From Elusimicrobiota bacterium (lineage in GTDB: Bacteria > Elusimicrobiota > Elusimicrobia > F11), in assembly GCA_043732015.1 (NCBI GenBank), contig JAYTIE010000265.1, forward strand, positions 1 through 50,182: 50,182 nt of DNA, given 5' to 3'. Every line of letters begins with the position of its first letter. Position 1 is the first letter of the stretch. Position numbers and translations under genes: made by a program. The notes below the pieces were generated by a model, which saw nothing but the letters and a program-made list of their open reading frames with translations, had not been told where the DNA came from and ran no database searches. Shown piece after piece: positions 17,487-26,825 of the stretch.

Positions 17487-18283
17487 GTCCGGAAATTCGC
17501 GATGACGGAATCACCGGCCTTGAGACCGGTCACCGCGGCGGCGCTGCCGTTGCGAACGGAAATTTCGATAAAGCCGCCGGACCCTTCCACCGCGAGCAGC
17601 TTGCCTTCGTCGACACTCGCGTAACTGGCCGACAGGCCGCGAACGGCGCCGGTGCGGCCGCCCAGATCGAACCAGACCTTGGAATGCGAAGCGAGCGGCG
17701 CGAGTTCTTCCGACTTCAGGTTCGTGATGAGATTTCCATACGTGTCGACGGCCAGCACTTCGCCGCGCCACAGCCCTGCGACCTTCTGAACGGCCGGGAC
17801 CGGAATGGTCTGCCAGGTGGAAACGGGCGTGCCGATGGCCGAGGGCGCTTCACCGTTCAACAGGCGACCCGCTGCGGGCGCCAGAATATCCCGTCCATGA
17901 AATGTCCGGCTGACCGCGGCGTCCCCGCGCGATTTCGAAACGTCCAGAACGAGCGTGGGCGGCGTCTCGGCGAACACCCACGAGAGAAGCCCGTTGTCGG
18001 GCGCCAGGAAGCGCCAGCTCCCCGCTTCCGCATAAATCAGTTTCCGTTCGGAACCGACGCCCGGATCGACGGTGCAGACGAAGAGGGTCCCGGCCGGGTG
18101 CACGCGGTAGCTGGCGCGCAATTGAAAAGCGGCGGTGCGGACATCCTGCGGCGGAATGTTGTGGGTGAGATCCAGGATGGAGGCGTCGGGCGCATGAGAA
18201 AGGATGACCGCTTTCATCGAGCCGACGTAATGGTCCGCCAGACCGAAATCCGTCAACAACGCGACGGGCGCCTTCGCGCTCAT
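17483..18283 (-). CDS. SAM hydroxide adenosyltransferase / SAM hydrolase (DUF62, chlorinase-fluorinase family)
   Basis: LLTDFG, VDPGVGSER, APDNGLL, TFHGRD, DTYGNLITN. Confidence 0.92.
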   Translation of the reverse strand: MSAKAPVALLTDFGLADHYVGSMKAVILSHAPDASILDLTHNIPPQDVRTAAFQLRASYRVHPAGTLFVCTVDPGVGSERKLIYAEAGSWRFLAPDNGLLSWVFAETPPTLVLDVSKSRGDAAVSRTFHGRDILAPAAGRLLNGEAPSAIGTPVSTWQTIPVPAVQKVAGLWRGEVLAVDTYGNLITNLKSEELAPLASHSKVWFDLGGRTGAVRGLSASYASVDEGKLLAVEGSGGFIEISVRNGSAAAVTGLKAGDSVIANFRT

Positions 18284-18972
18284 GGAACCTGCCAGAGCTT
18301 GTGCTGCTGCGGCATCACCAGCACGCGGGACAGGCGGCGACGGGCGCGCTCGAACGCGTCGGCAATCTGGTCCGGCGTCGGCGCTTCGGCGTGGCCCGGG
18401 ATCGGCGTGGCGGGTTGAATCACGAACAGGGGTGGCGAGTCCGACTCCGCCAGAAGCGCGACGGCCTGGTCAACTTCCGCCTGGGAAGAGCGCCGCTCGA
18501 GCACCATCTTCGCGTACGCTTTGTCGCCAGCGATGGCGAGAAACCGTTTGTGTTCCCGCCAGTGAGACTTGCCCGTCGCGCTGGGGAGCTTGATGTCCAT
18601 CGAAACGACGTCGCACCGGTCGATCAATTTGGCCAGCGCATCGGGAAGAACGCCGGCCGTCTCAAGATAAATACGAAAGCCCTTCTTCTTCAGGCGCGTC
18701 AGAAATCCGTCGAGAAAGCCGACCTGCGAGAGCGGCTCGCCACCCGTGACGCTGACGGTCCGGATGCGGTCTCCCGCCATTCGGATCACGCGGCGGAACG
18801 CTTCGTCTTCGGTGACCTTCTCATGTCCCTTCGCGACCAGGCTACCGGGCGTATCGCAGTAATTGCAGCGCAGAGGGCATCCGGCGAGACGGAAGAAAAT
18901 CTGCCGCTCTCCGGTGTAGGGGCCTTCGCCCTGAACGCTTTCAAATATTTCACTAACGTAGGCGTCGATCAT
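18280..18972 (-). CDS. queE: 7-carboxy-7-deazaguanine synthase (radical SAM)
   Basis: EIFESVQGEG, CPLRCNYCDT, TGGEP, PQQHK. Confidence 0.93.
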   Translation of the reverse strand: MIDAYVSEIFESVQGEGPYTGERQIFFRLAGCPLRCNYCDTPGSLVAKGHEKVTEDEAFRRVIRMAGDRIRTVSVTGGEPLSQVGFLDGFLTRLKKKGFRIYLETAGVLPDALAKLIDRCDVVSMDIKLPSATGKSHWREHKRFLAIAGDKAYAKMVLERRSSQAEVDQAVALLAESDSPPLFVIQPATPIPGHAEAPTPDQIADAFERARRRLSRVLVMPQQHKLWQVP

Positions 18973-19631
18973 CGCGCGTCTTCAAAGCCCTTGTCGCGCA
19001 GGACGCACGAATCGCACGCGCCGCACGGCTTCGCGCCGCCCCTGTAACAGGACCATGTTCGCTCGATCGGCGCGCCGAGCTTGCGGCCAAGACGGATGAT
19101 GCCCGCTTTCGTCAACGACAGAAGCGGCGCGACGATCGACAGACGTTTTCCTTCCGAACCGCGACGGCTTCCGAGACGGGAGGTCTTCTCGAAGGCGCGA
19201 AGGAACGGACCACGGCAGTCGGGGTACCCGGAATAATCTATCGCATTGGCGCCGATCACGATGCCCTCGGCGCCGATCTCGTCGGCCAGCGACAGACCGA
19301 AGCTGAGAAAAAGCGTGTTGCGCCCGGGAACATAGGTCGACGGAATTCCGGGGCCGATCTTCTCGGCGGCGCGGGTGGGAAGCCGAACCCGGGCGTTGGT
19401 GAGGGACGAGCCGCTCCAGGGCAGGCGGAACTTGACCGTGTTGAGCGGCACGCCCGCCCGTCGCGCCATTTCCCGGGCTGCGCGCAGTTCCCGGCGGTGA
19501 CGCTGGCCATAGTCGAAGCAGATCGCGTGGCACTCCCAGCCCTTCGACTGTGCCCACCACAGCGACACCGTTGAATCAAGGCCGCCGGACAGCAGCACGA
19601 CCGCTTTTCGATGGGAGGCGGATGGACTCAT
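18969..19631 (-). CDS. queC: 7-cyano-7-deazaguanine synthase
   Basis: SGGLDS, YGQRH, YVPGRN, YPDCR, SCY...CGACDSC. Confidence 0.96.
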   Translation of the reverse strand: MSPSASHRKAVVLLSGGLDSTVSLWWAQSKGWECHAICFDYGQRHRRELRAAREMARRAGVPLNTVKFRLPWSGSSLTNARVRLPTRAAEKIGPGIPSTYVPGRNTLFLSFGLSLADEIGAEGIVIGANAIDYSGYPDCRGPFLRAFEKTSRLGSRRGSEGKRLSIVAPLLSLTKAGIIRLGRKLGAPIERTWSCYRGGAKPCGACDSCVLRDKGFEDAR

Positions 19632-19643
19632 GCGGGTGTTTCC

Positions 19644-20456
19644 TTACAGATTGTCGAGAGACAGTCGGCGCGCGTTGGGAAGACCAACCCCGAGGAACTT
19701 CCCCCCAAGGCGAGAAAACGAGGCCGGGTTGTCCGTCACGAAATAGTCGGTTCGCCCCGGGCGGCCGCTGTCGTTCAGCTTTCCGGTCCGGCGGAGCAGG
19801 GTTTCCACCTCGCGGGCGGTTTCTTCGGCGGAGTCAATCAGCTTGACCCGCGGGCCGGCGACCGAGCCCAGCGCCTTCTTCAGCAGCGGATAGTGCGTAC
19901 ATCCCAGAACGAGCGTGTCAATTTTCCGGGTGAGCACCGGCGCGAGATATTCCCGCACCACCTGTTTTGTCACCGCGTGGTCCTGCCAGCCTTCCTCGAC
20001 GAGCGGGACGAACAGCGGGCACGCCGACTCCCAGACCTTGGCGTTGGGGGCGTAGGATTCAATTGCGCGGCGATAGGCGTGGCTGGCGACCGTGGCCGGG
20101 GTTCCAATCACTCCGATCCGGTTTGAGTCCGAGGCCATCACGGCCGCGCGGGCACCAGGATCGATCACGCCGATCACCGGAATGGGAAGGCTTCTCAGGG
20201 CGCGGAGCGCGACCGCAGATGCCGTGTTGCACGCCACCACAATCGCTTTGACGCGGCGCTGAAGAAGGAAGAACGAGATCTGAAGCGCGTACCGTCGGAT
20301 TGTCGCGGGCGATTTCGTTCCGTAGGGAACACGCGCCGTGTCCCCGACATAGACGATGCTTTCTTTTGGAAGGAGGCGCCGCATTTCCTTGACCACCGTC
20401 AGGCCGCCCAGGCCAGAGTCAAAAACGCCGATGGGAAGATTCTTGTCCGGGATCAT
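19644..20456 (-). CDS. murI: Glutamate racemase
   Basis: GVFDSGLGGLTV, PYGTK, ACNTAS, LGCTHYP. Confidence 0.97.
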   Translation of the reverse strand: MIPDKNLPIGVFDSGLGGLTVVKEMRRLLPKESIVYVGDTARVPYGTKSPATIRRYALQISFFLLQRRVKAIVVACNTASAVALRALRSLPIPVIGVIDPGARAAVMASDSNRIGVIGTPATVASHAYRRAIESYAPNAKVWESACPLFVPLVEEGWQDHAVTKQVVREYLAPVLTRKIDTLVLGCTHYPLLKKALGSVAGPRVKLIDSAEETAREVETLLRRTGKLNDSGRPGRTDYFVTDNPASFSRLGGKFLGVGLPNARRLSLDNL

Positions 20457-22198
20457 CGTGTGCGCGTCGCGTCGCGCTTCAGCTGCACGGCGGACGCTTC
20501 CCTTTCCTGACGGTAGTGGCGATCGTAGTTCATCACACCTTCAACGATACCCTTTACCAGCTGATTCTGAAATCGGGAGGAGCGGAGCTGCAACTCGGTC
20601 ACCGGATTGGACAGATACTCCAGCTCCAGGAGCACCGAGGGCATCTGCGCGCCGCGAAGAACGCTGAAGTTCGCTTCCTTCACTTCAGCCGATTCCACAT
20701 TCGACCGGGAACGGATGCTTTTGGACACGATCCCCGCGAATTTCGAGGATTCATTCAGGAAATTGTACACAGCCATCGACGCGAGCAGCTCGTTGAGTTT
20801 GTTCGAGTTCGAGCCCTTCTGCGCCTCGAGAGAAACCACCGAGTTTTCCACCCGGGCCACCGCCGCGGCCGCGCGGTCCGTGGCGTCCGGAGAAAGAAAG
20901 TACGCTTCGAATCCCCGTCCCTTCGACGACAGGGACGAGTTACAGTGAATTGAAACAAACAGATCCGCGTTGGCCGCATTGGCAATCACGGTACGCTGGG
21001 TGAGCGGAACGAAGACGTCCCGATCGCGGGTCATGATCACGCGAACGCCTTTCTGTTTCCGCAATTCCTTCGCGACGGCGCGGGCAACGGCGAGATTAAT
21101 GTCTTTCTCCATCGTTCCCCGAACGCCGATGGCGCCGCAGTCCATACCGCCGTGGCCGGCGTCGACAACAAAAATTCTCTCGTGGCTTGATCTCGATGGG
21201 GTGGCCCGAAGATGCGGCTCTCTCGTTCCAGGGGCTGCCGTGATGACCGGAATGACGGGCACGGGATGCGAGACCACGATGGGGAGCCGCTTTTCCGCCT
21301 TGCGCGGTAAAGCCGCCGCCTTGGTTGCCGGCACGGGTTTGACAGCGGGGGAGATGGGCGCCGAGGCCGGTTTCACCGCGGTCTGGGTGGGTGCCTTTGG
21401 CGCGGGCACGGCCGCCGTCGCTTCGGCGACAGCCTCCGGAACGTCGTGCAATGGCTGAACATCAATGACCAGTTTCCGGCGGCCATCATCGAAATAGACG
21501 TCACTCTCTCGGACGTTCTCGCCCAACTGTACGATGAAATCGGTGGCGTGATGTTTTTGCGTCACGCGAACCGCGCTGATCACCGTGTCGCCCTCGTACA
21601 CCTGAGACCCCTCCGTCACCGCCCGGGAGAAGCGCAGCCATATCTGCTTGTTGCTCTGCTCGATAAGCTGCGGCGGGGCCACGGGATTCACATCGAGGGA
21701 AATCCGGTAGAGCCCGTCGACCTTCTCTACCTGCGGCATCCGAAGATTCACCCGCGGGTCATCGACAAGGGAGGCCTTCTTCGGATTCCACGTGAGGTCG
21801 GCCGAAGCGAATACAGAAAAATCCTTGGACGAAACGAACGGCATGGGCACATACAGATGATCGTTCTCGAATCTCATCGGGACCGTTCCACGGAGACGAT
21901 GCCCGTCCCGTTCCGCGGACTTCTCCTCCCAATCGAGACAGAGATCGCCATTGGAATTCGACAGACACACCCGCTTAGCGGCCTGTTGCCAGCGAAGCTG
22001 CGCGTCCGAAAGCCGCGCCAGGTTCTCCACCGAAAGAAAGGTTTGCCCCTTTTGCTGGATGACGGGGAGCTGGATTTCTCGCCCTGCACGAACCCAGACA
22101 ATGGCGGATTCTACCGGGGAAACCGGCGCAGCGGCGACGAGTCGCGGGACGAGAAGAAGGAACGTGAGGAGGAAAGATCTTGCGGCGAGGCGGGGCAA
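20453..22198 (-). CDS. N-acetylmuramoyl-L-alanine amidase (Amidase_3, AmiC-like)
   Basis: VVDAGHGG, MEKDINL, SIHCN, LLELEY; signal peptide after TTG at 22198 (start inferred). Confidence 0.9.
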   Translation of the reverse strand: MPRLAARSFLLTFLLLVPRLVAAAPVSPVESAIVWVRAGREIQLPVIQQKGQTFLSVENLARLSDAQLRWQQAAKRVCLSNSNGDLCLDWEEKSAERDGHRLRGTVPMRFENDHLYVPMPFVSSKDFSVFASADLTWNPKKASLVDDPRVNLRMPQVEKVDGLYRISLDVNPVAPPQLIEQSNKQIWLRFSRAVTEGSQVYEGDTVISAVRVTQKHHATDFIVQLGENVRESDVYFDDGRRKLVIDVQPLHDVPEAVAEATAAVPAPKAPTQTAVKPASAPISPAVKPVPATKAAALPRKAEKRLPIVVSHPVPVIPVITAAPGTREPHLRATPSRSSHERIFVVDAGHGGMDCGAIGVRGTMEKDINLAVARAVAKELRKQKGVRVIMTRDRDVFVPLTQRTVIANAANADLFVSIHCNSSLSSKGRGFEAYFLSPDATDRAAAAVARVENSVVSLEAQKGSNSNKLNELLASMAVYNFLNESSKFAGIVSKSIRSRSNVESAEVKEANFSVLRGAQMPSVLLELEYLSNPVTELQLRSSRFQNQLVKGIVEGVMNYDRHYRQEREASAVQLKRDATRTR

Positions 22199-22211
22199 AA
22201 GCGAAACGCGG

Positions 22212-22811
22212 CTAGTGAGATTCGAGTTCGGAGTTCCAGTACACGCTGTCAACGAACCGTTGCCAGGATGCCTTGATCTTGAAACTAGGACGGAAAGCGA
22301 TCGAGGTCGCACCACTCCACTGCGGCTTGCTCGGACGAACAAGGAGATCCATGCCGGCTTCATGAGGAAGCCGGTTTCCTTTCTTCAGGTTGCATGGGAT
22401 GCAGGTCGTGATAACGTTTGACCAATCTGTCTTCCCTCCGCGGCTACGCGGAATGATGTGTTCCAGATTCAATTCGCTGCTGCCAAATTTGTGCCCGCAA
22501 TATCCGCAGCGGTAACTGTAATGTTCGTAAATATTTCGGCGGGTGAACTTAACTTCTGACTTGGGCAGGCCGTCGAAAAACCTGAGCGTGATCACTTCGG
22601 GGATGGCGATCTTGAAGGTGGGAGTTTTGACGAAGCCCAACGGATCCTTGGTCATCATCCCCGAGAGCTCACGCCAGTCGTCAAAGCTGTAAGTCCGGTA
22701 TTCATCGTCAACAACGCGCGCATGGTCCAGATAAAGCAGGCTTAGCGCACGCTGCCATCCAATGATCTGAACGGCAAAGAAACTTCGATTCAGGACGAGG
22801 ACGTCACTCAT
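22212..22811 (-). CDS. HNH endonuclease (McrA-like)
   Basis: VLVLN, TRRNI, CGYCG, EHIIPRSRGG, CIPCNLKKG. Confidence 0.92.
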   Translation of the reverse strand: MSDVLVLNRSFFAVQIIGWQRALSLLYLDHARVVDDEYRTYSFDDWRELSGMMTKDPLGFVKTPTFKIAIPEVITLRFFDGLPKSEVKFTRRNIYEHYSYRCGYCGHKFGSSELNLEHIIPRSRGGKTDWSNVITTCIPCNLKKGNRLPHEAGMDLLVRPSKPQWSGATSIAFRPSFKIKASWQRFVDSVYWNSELESH

Positions 22812-22859
22812 AAAATCGCTCTTTCTGCCGACCGTCCCATCGGCGAAGGCTCAAAAAAA

Positions 22860-23099
22860 TCAGCTTTCGATGGTATCGTGCGTAACAGGCGTAACCTGCA
22901 GTCCCTGCGACTTAAGCCAGTCCACCGACTTGCTCAAAGCGTTTTGATCGCCCTCCAGTTCCAGGACGATTTCCCCCACTTGCTCATTGATTTTCGCGCG
23001 ACGAAGGTTGAATACCACATCAAATTTCTTGGACATCTGGTAAATAACCGGCTCTTTGATGAGCTTGGTCGGGAATATCAGGCTGAGGGCTTCTTTCAT
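22860..23099 (-). CDS. NIL-domain protein
   Basis: FPTKLIKEPVIY...FNLRRAKI...GEIVLELEG. Confidence 0.85.
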   Translation of the reverse strand: MKEALSLIFPTKLIKEPVIYQMSKKFDVVFNLRRAKINEQVGEIVLELEGDQNALSKSVDWLKSQGLQVTPVTHDTIES

Positions 23100-23141
23100 A
23101 GATTAAGTTTGGCGATAAAACGAACTGAATTCAAGAGACGT

Positions 23142-23423
23142 TTAGAACGAGCCGCCAGCTATGGCTGGAATGATCGATACCTCCGCTCCGTCAGAAACCG
23201 GGGTCGCCGGGCCCTGCTTGAAGCGGATGTCTTCGCCGTTTACGAAGATGTTCACGAATCGGCGGATCTGACCTGAGTCGTCACAGATTCGCTCCTTGAG
23301 GCCGGGGTACTGCTTTTCGAGACCGGTGAGGAGCTCCTGGATGGTGCCCCCAGCAATCTCAACGACCGGCTGGTCGTTGGTTAGCTTTCGGAGCGGGGCG
23401 GGAATACGAATTTTCGCGGGCAT
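23142..23423 (-). CDS. MoaD/ThiS/CysO-type ubiquitin-like sulfur carrier ending GG-SF
   Basis: RIPAPLR, RRFVNIFVNGEDIR, IIPAIAGG; GGAGG SD before ATG 23423. Confidence 0.92.
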   Translation of the reverse strand: MPAKIRIPAPLRKLTNDQPVVEIAGGTIQELLTGLEKQYPGLKERICDDSGQIRRFVNIFVNGEDIRFKQGPATPVSDGAEVSIIPAIAGGSF

Positions 23424-23433
23424 GACTTCCTCC

Positions 23434-24696
23434 TTAGACAATCGCGGGCGCTGGGGTCTGATTCTGGAGCCGATCAAACAATGCCCGAAAATCTGCGAGC
23501 TTGGCGGGGATAACATGGGGGCGGCTGACCTTGCCCTGCACGGCATCCAGCGTCTTCAAGCCGTTTCCGGTGATATAAACCACCGTCACATCGTTCGGTG
23601 CGATGGTACCTTTTTGAACCAGCCGTTTCAAGGAAGCGACCGTGACACCACCGGCGGTTTCGGTAAAGATTCCCTCGGTGGAGGCCAAAAGCTTGATGCC
23701 ATCCACGATTTCCGGATCCGTGACCGCCACGCCCTGCCCGCCGGTCTTCATCACGAGCTGCGCCGCGTAGGGACCGTCAGCCGGATTGCCGATGGCGAGC
23801 GACTTCGCGATCGTCTTCGGGCGGACCGGGCGAATCATGTCCGTGTTCTCCTGAATTGCCGTTACGATCGGGCCGCAGCCTTCCGCTTGGGCGAGGTTCA
23901 GCTTGGTTACCTTCTTTTCGATGAGGCCGAGGTCCTGAAATTCCTTGAGACCCTTATGAATCTTGGTGAGCAACGAACCAGAGGCCGCCGGGACAACAAC
24001 CTGATCCGGAGCGCGCCAGCCCAGTTGCTCGGCGACTTCGAATCCAAGCGTCTTGGATCCTTCCGCGTAGTAGGGGCGAATGTTCACGTTCACAAAGGCC
24101 CATTTGAAGGCGTCTGCCACTTCGGCGCATAGACGGTTCACTTCGTCGTAGGTTCCTTCGATCGCGATGATGTGCGGGTTGTAAACGCCCGCGCCAATCA
24201 CTTTCCCTTCTTCGAGATCCGCAGGGATAAAAACGTAGCGGTTCAGGTTGGCGGCCGCGCCATAGGCGGAAACGGCTCCTGCGAGGTTGCCAGTCGAAGC
24301 GCAGGCTACCGTCGTGAAACCGAGCTCGCGGGCACGGGTGAGCGCCACGCTGACCACGCGGTCCTTGAACGACCATGTCGGATTCACGGAATCGTTCTTC
24401 ACATAAAGATTTTTGAGCCCCAGCGCATCGCCGAGATTCTTGGCGCGGATGAGAGGCGTGAAACCCTCGCGCAGGGTGATGACGTCGCGGGTTTCAACCG
24501 GGAGAAGGTCCCAGTATCGCCAAAGTGAGATGGGGCCGGCCTCAATGGATTTCCGGGACACGTTCGAACGGATGAGGTCGTAGTTGTAATCGACTTCGAG
24601 AGGACCGAAGCAGAACTCGCAGACGTGAAGTGCTTTGGCCTCGTAAAGCTGGCTGCACTCTTTGCACTTCAGTCCTTTAATTTTATTCGAAGACAT
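23434..24696 (-). CDS. thrC: Threonine synthase-like PLP enzyme (ThrC2 type)
   Basis: N-terminal CxxC...CxxC, NPTWSFKDR, CASTGNLA, EGSKT, ITGNGLK. Confidence 0.88.
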   Translation of the reverse strand: MSSNKIKGLKCKECSQLYEAKALHVCEFCFGPLEVDYNYDLIRSNVSRKSIEAGPISLWRYWDLLPVETRDVITLREGFTPLIRAKNLGDALGLKNLYVKNDSVNPTWSFKDRVVSVALTRARELGFTTVACASTGNLAGAVSAYGAAANLNRYVFIPADLEEGKVIGAGVYNPHIIAIEGTYDEVNRLCAEVADAFKWAFVNVNIRPYYAEGSKTLGFEVAEQLGWRAPDQVVVPAASGSLLTKIHKGLKEFQDLGLIEKKVTKLNLAQAEGCGPIVTAIQENTDMIRPVRPKTIAKSLAIGNPADGPYAAQLVMKTGGQGVAVTDPEIVDGIKLLASTEGIFTETAGGVTVASLKRLVQKGTIAPNDVTVVYITGNGLKTLDAVQGKVSRPHVIPAKLADFRALFDRLQNQTPAPAIV

Positions 24697-24714
24697 TAGA
24701 CGCTCCCGTTATAA

Positions 24715-24750
24715 ACAAAAAACCCCAGAGGACGTGGACGCCTGCTGGGG
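24715..24750 (-). terminator. Riboswitch-associated intrinsic terminator
   Basis: CCCCAG...CTGGGG stem followed by TTTTTTG just upstream of the thrC-like gene. Confidence 0.8.
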
Positions 24751-24761
24751 CCAACTATCCT

Positions 24762-24869
24762 CTTATCGGTTTCCGTCCTTGCGGACGGGTCAGGCTTTGG
24801 CACGCACTCGAGTTTTTCGAACCGTTGCCGTGGCTTCGCAGGGCCTGTCCCTCCGCCACTCTTGATAAG
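24762..24869 (-). promoter_or_regulatory. SAM-I (S-box) riboswitch
   Basis: CTTATCAAGAGTGGCGGAGGGACAGGCCC..GAAGCCACGGCAAC...GTGCCAA...GATAAG; P1 closes CTTATC/GATAAG. Confidence 0.93.
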
Positions 24870-24965
24870 GGTGAATCTCTAAGGGTGTATCTTAGCAAAA
24901 ATCAGCCGGGGGCCGGCCGGGAAAATCCGGCGCGGGTTATCGGCGTGAATCTAAATCTAAAGGAT

Positions 24966-26825
24966 CTACTCGACGGTGACGCTCTTGGCCAGATTGCGCG
25001 GCTGGTCGACGTCGCAGCCGAGAAGAACGGCAATCTGATACGAAAGGAGCTGAAGAGGAATGACATTGATGATCGGAGACAGATCTTCGGGCACATCAGG
25101 GACGTAAATGACCTCGGCTGCCTTCTCTTTGACCATCGTGTCGCCTTCGGTGGCAATGGCGATGACCTGCGCGCCGCGGCTGGCGGCTTCCTCAATGTTG
25201 GAAACCATTTTTTCGTAGATCGGCGACTTTGTCGCGATGGCGACCACCGGCATGTCCTCATCGATCAAAGCGATCGGGCCGTGCTTCATCTCACCTGCGG
25301 GATATCCTTCGGCGTGAATGTAGGAAATTTCCTTCAGCTTCAGGGCGCCTTCGAGCGCCACCGGATAGTTCAGATTCCGGCCAAGATAGAGGAAATCCTT
25401 CCGTCTAAAGAATCGCTTGGCGATTTCCATGACGGCAGGCTCCACAGCGAGAACCTTCGTGACCCACTGCGACAGGTGTGCCAGGTCCTGGCCTTTGGCG
25501 CGCAACTCGTCGGCCGTCAGCGTTTTTTTAGCGCGCGCTAGGTCCAGCGCCAGGAGGTGCATTGCCACAAGCTGCCCCGTGAATGCCTTTGTAGAAGCGA
25601 CCCCAATTTCCGGGCCGCAATGGGTAAGAAGCGATCCGTGGGCATCTCTCGTCAGGCTGGAACCCACGACGTTCGCGATGACCAGCGTGCGGGCGCCCTT
25701 CTTCTTCGCCAAACGAAGCGCGGCCAGCGTATCGGCGGTTTCGCCGGACTGGGAAACCGCTACCACCAGGGTGCCCGGTTCCACAACCGGATCACGGTAA
25801 CGGAACTCGGAAGCGATTTCTACCTGGCAGGGAATTCGCGTGTACTTCTCGACAAGATAGGCGCCAATCAACGACGCATGCCAAGACGTCCCACAGGCCA
25901 CGAACCGAATACGCGTCAAAGCCGCGGCGTCCTGTTCGGTGAGGCCCGACTGTTCGAGCATCACTTCGCCCGTCTGTGTGTTCAGGCGGCCGAGGAGCGA
26001 ATCCTCGACAATGCGCGGCTGCTCATGGATTTCTTTCAGCATGAAATGCTTGTAGCCGGCTTTTTCGGCCTGGATCGGGTCCCAAGCAACCCTGTGCGTC
26101 GGGCGGGAGACGATCGCGCCGTCGAAATCAATGATCTGGACTCCGGCAGGGCTGATCAACGCGATGTCGTTGTCATCGAGAAAAATTACTTCGCGCGTAT
26201 ACGCGAGAATGGCTGGAACATCCGACGCGAGGAAATTCTCCCCTTTACCGATTCCGACGATCAACGGGCAATCACGGCGGGCGCCGATGAGCAGATCCGG
26301 AAAATCCGCGCAGACAATGCCGAGTGCGAAAGTTCCGTGAACTTCCTTCAATGCCGACTGCACGGCCTTGATGAACGAATCGCGGTCCGTCTTCTTGCCG
26401 CCCGTCACCTTCGCAAGATGGTGCGCGATCAGGTGGCCGACAACTTCCGTGTCCGTCTGAGATTTGAATTTAACGCCAAGCCCCTGAAGGCGCTCTTTCA
26501 GCGTTCGGTAATTTTCGATGATGCCGTTGTGAACAACGACGATTCGCCCGGTTTCATCGCTGTGTGGATGGGCGTTGATTTCGGTCGGGGCGCCATGGGT
26601 CGCCCACCGGGTATGTCCCACGCCGATGTTGCCGGAAACAGGCTTGACCAGAAGATGAGCCTGAAGTTCAGAAAGCTTTCCAACCGCGCGCCTGATTTCG
26701 AAGCGGCCGTCCACCATGACGGCTACGCCGGCGGAATCGTATCCCCGGTATTCAAGCTTGCGAAGACCTTCGATCAGAACATTCGTGGCATTAAGAGGAC
26801 CGACGTAACCTAGGATTCCACACAT
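24966..26825 (-). CDS. glmS: Glutamine--fructose-6-phosphate aminotransferase
   Basis: MCGI, LEYRGYDSAG, GHTRWATHG, SQSGET, PRNLAKSVTVE. Confidence 0.98.
   Translation of the reverse strand: MCGILGYVGPLNATNVLIEGLRKLEYRGYDSAGVAVMVDGRFEIRRAVGKLSELQAHLLVKPVSGNIGVGHTRWATHGAPTEINAHPHSDETGRIVVVHNGIIENYRTLKERLQGLGVKFKSQTDTEVVGHLIAHHLAKVTGGKKTDRDSFIKAVQSALKEVHGTFALGIVCADFPDLLIGARRDCPLIVGIGKGENFLASDVPAILAYTREVIFLDDNDIALISPAGVQIIDFDGAIVSRPTHRVAWDPIQAEKAGYKHFMLKEIHEQPRIVEDSLLGRLNTQTGEVMLEQSGLTEQDAAALTRIRFVACGTSWHASLIGAYLVEKYTRIPCQVEIASEFRYRDPVVEPGTLVVAVSQSGETADTLAALRLAKKKGARTLVIANVVGSSLTRDAHGSLLTHCGPEIGVASTKAFTGQLVAMHLLALDLARAKKTLTADELRAKGQDLAHLSQWVTKVLAVEPAVMEIAKRFFRRKDFLYLGRNLNYPVALEGALKLKEISYIHAEGYPAGEMKHGPIALIDEDMPVVAIATKSPIYEKMVSNIEEAASRGAQVIAIATEGDTMVKEKAAEVIYVPDVPEDLSPIINVIPLQLLSYQIAVLLGCDVDQPRNLAKSVTVE

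Noticed and set aside
17483-18283. True fluorinase/chlorinase
   Set aside because: Retains the hydrolase-type His (FHGRD) and has no secondary-metabolite context.
22199-22363. Upstream extension of the amidase ORF
   Set aside because: Overlaps the HNH gene; the signal peptide begins near 22198.
18280-22811. 7-deazaguanine DNA modification (dpd) defence island with HNH nuclease
   Set aside because: No dpdA/tgt-like gene; queC/queE sit among housekeeping genes, consistent with queuosine synthesis.
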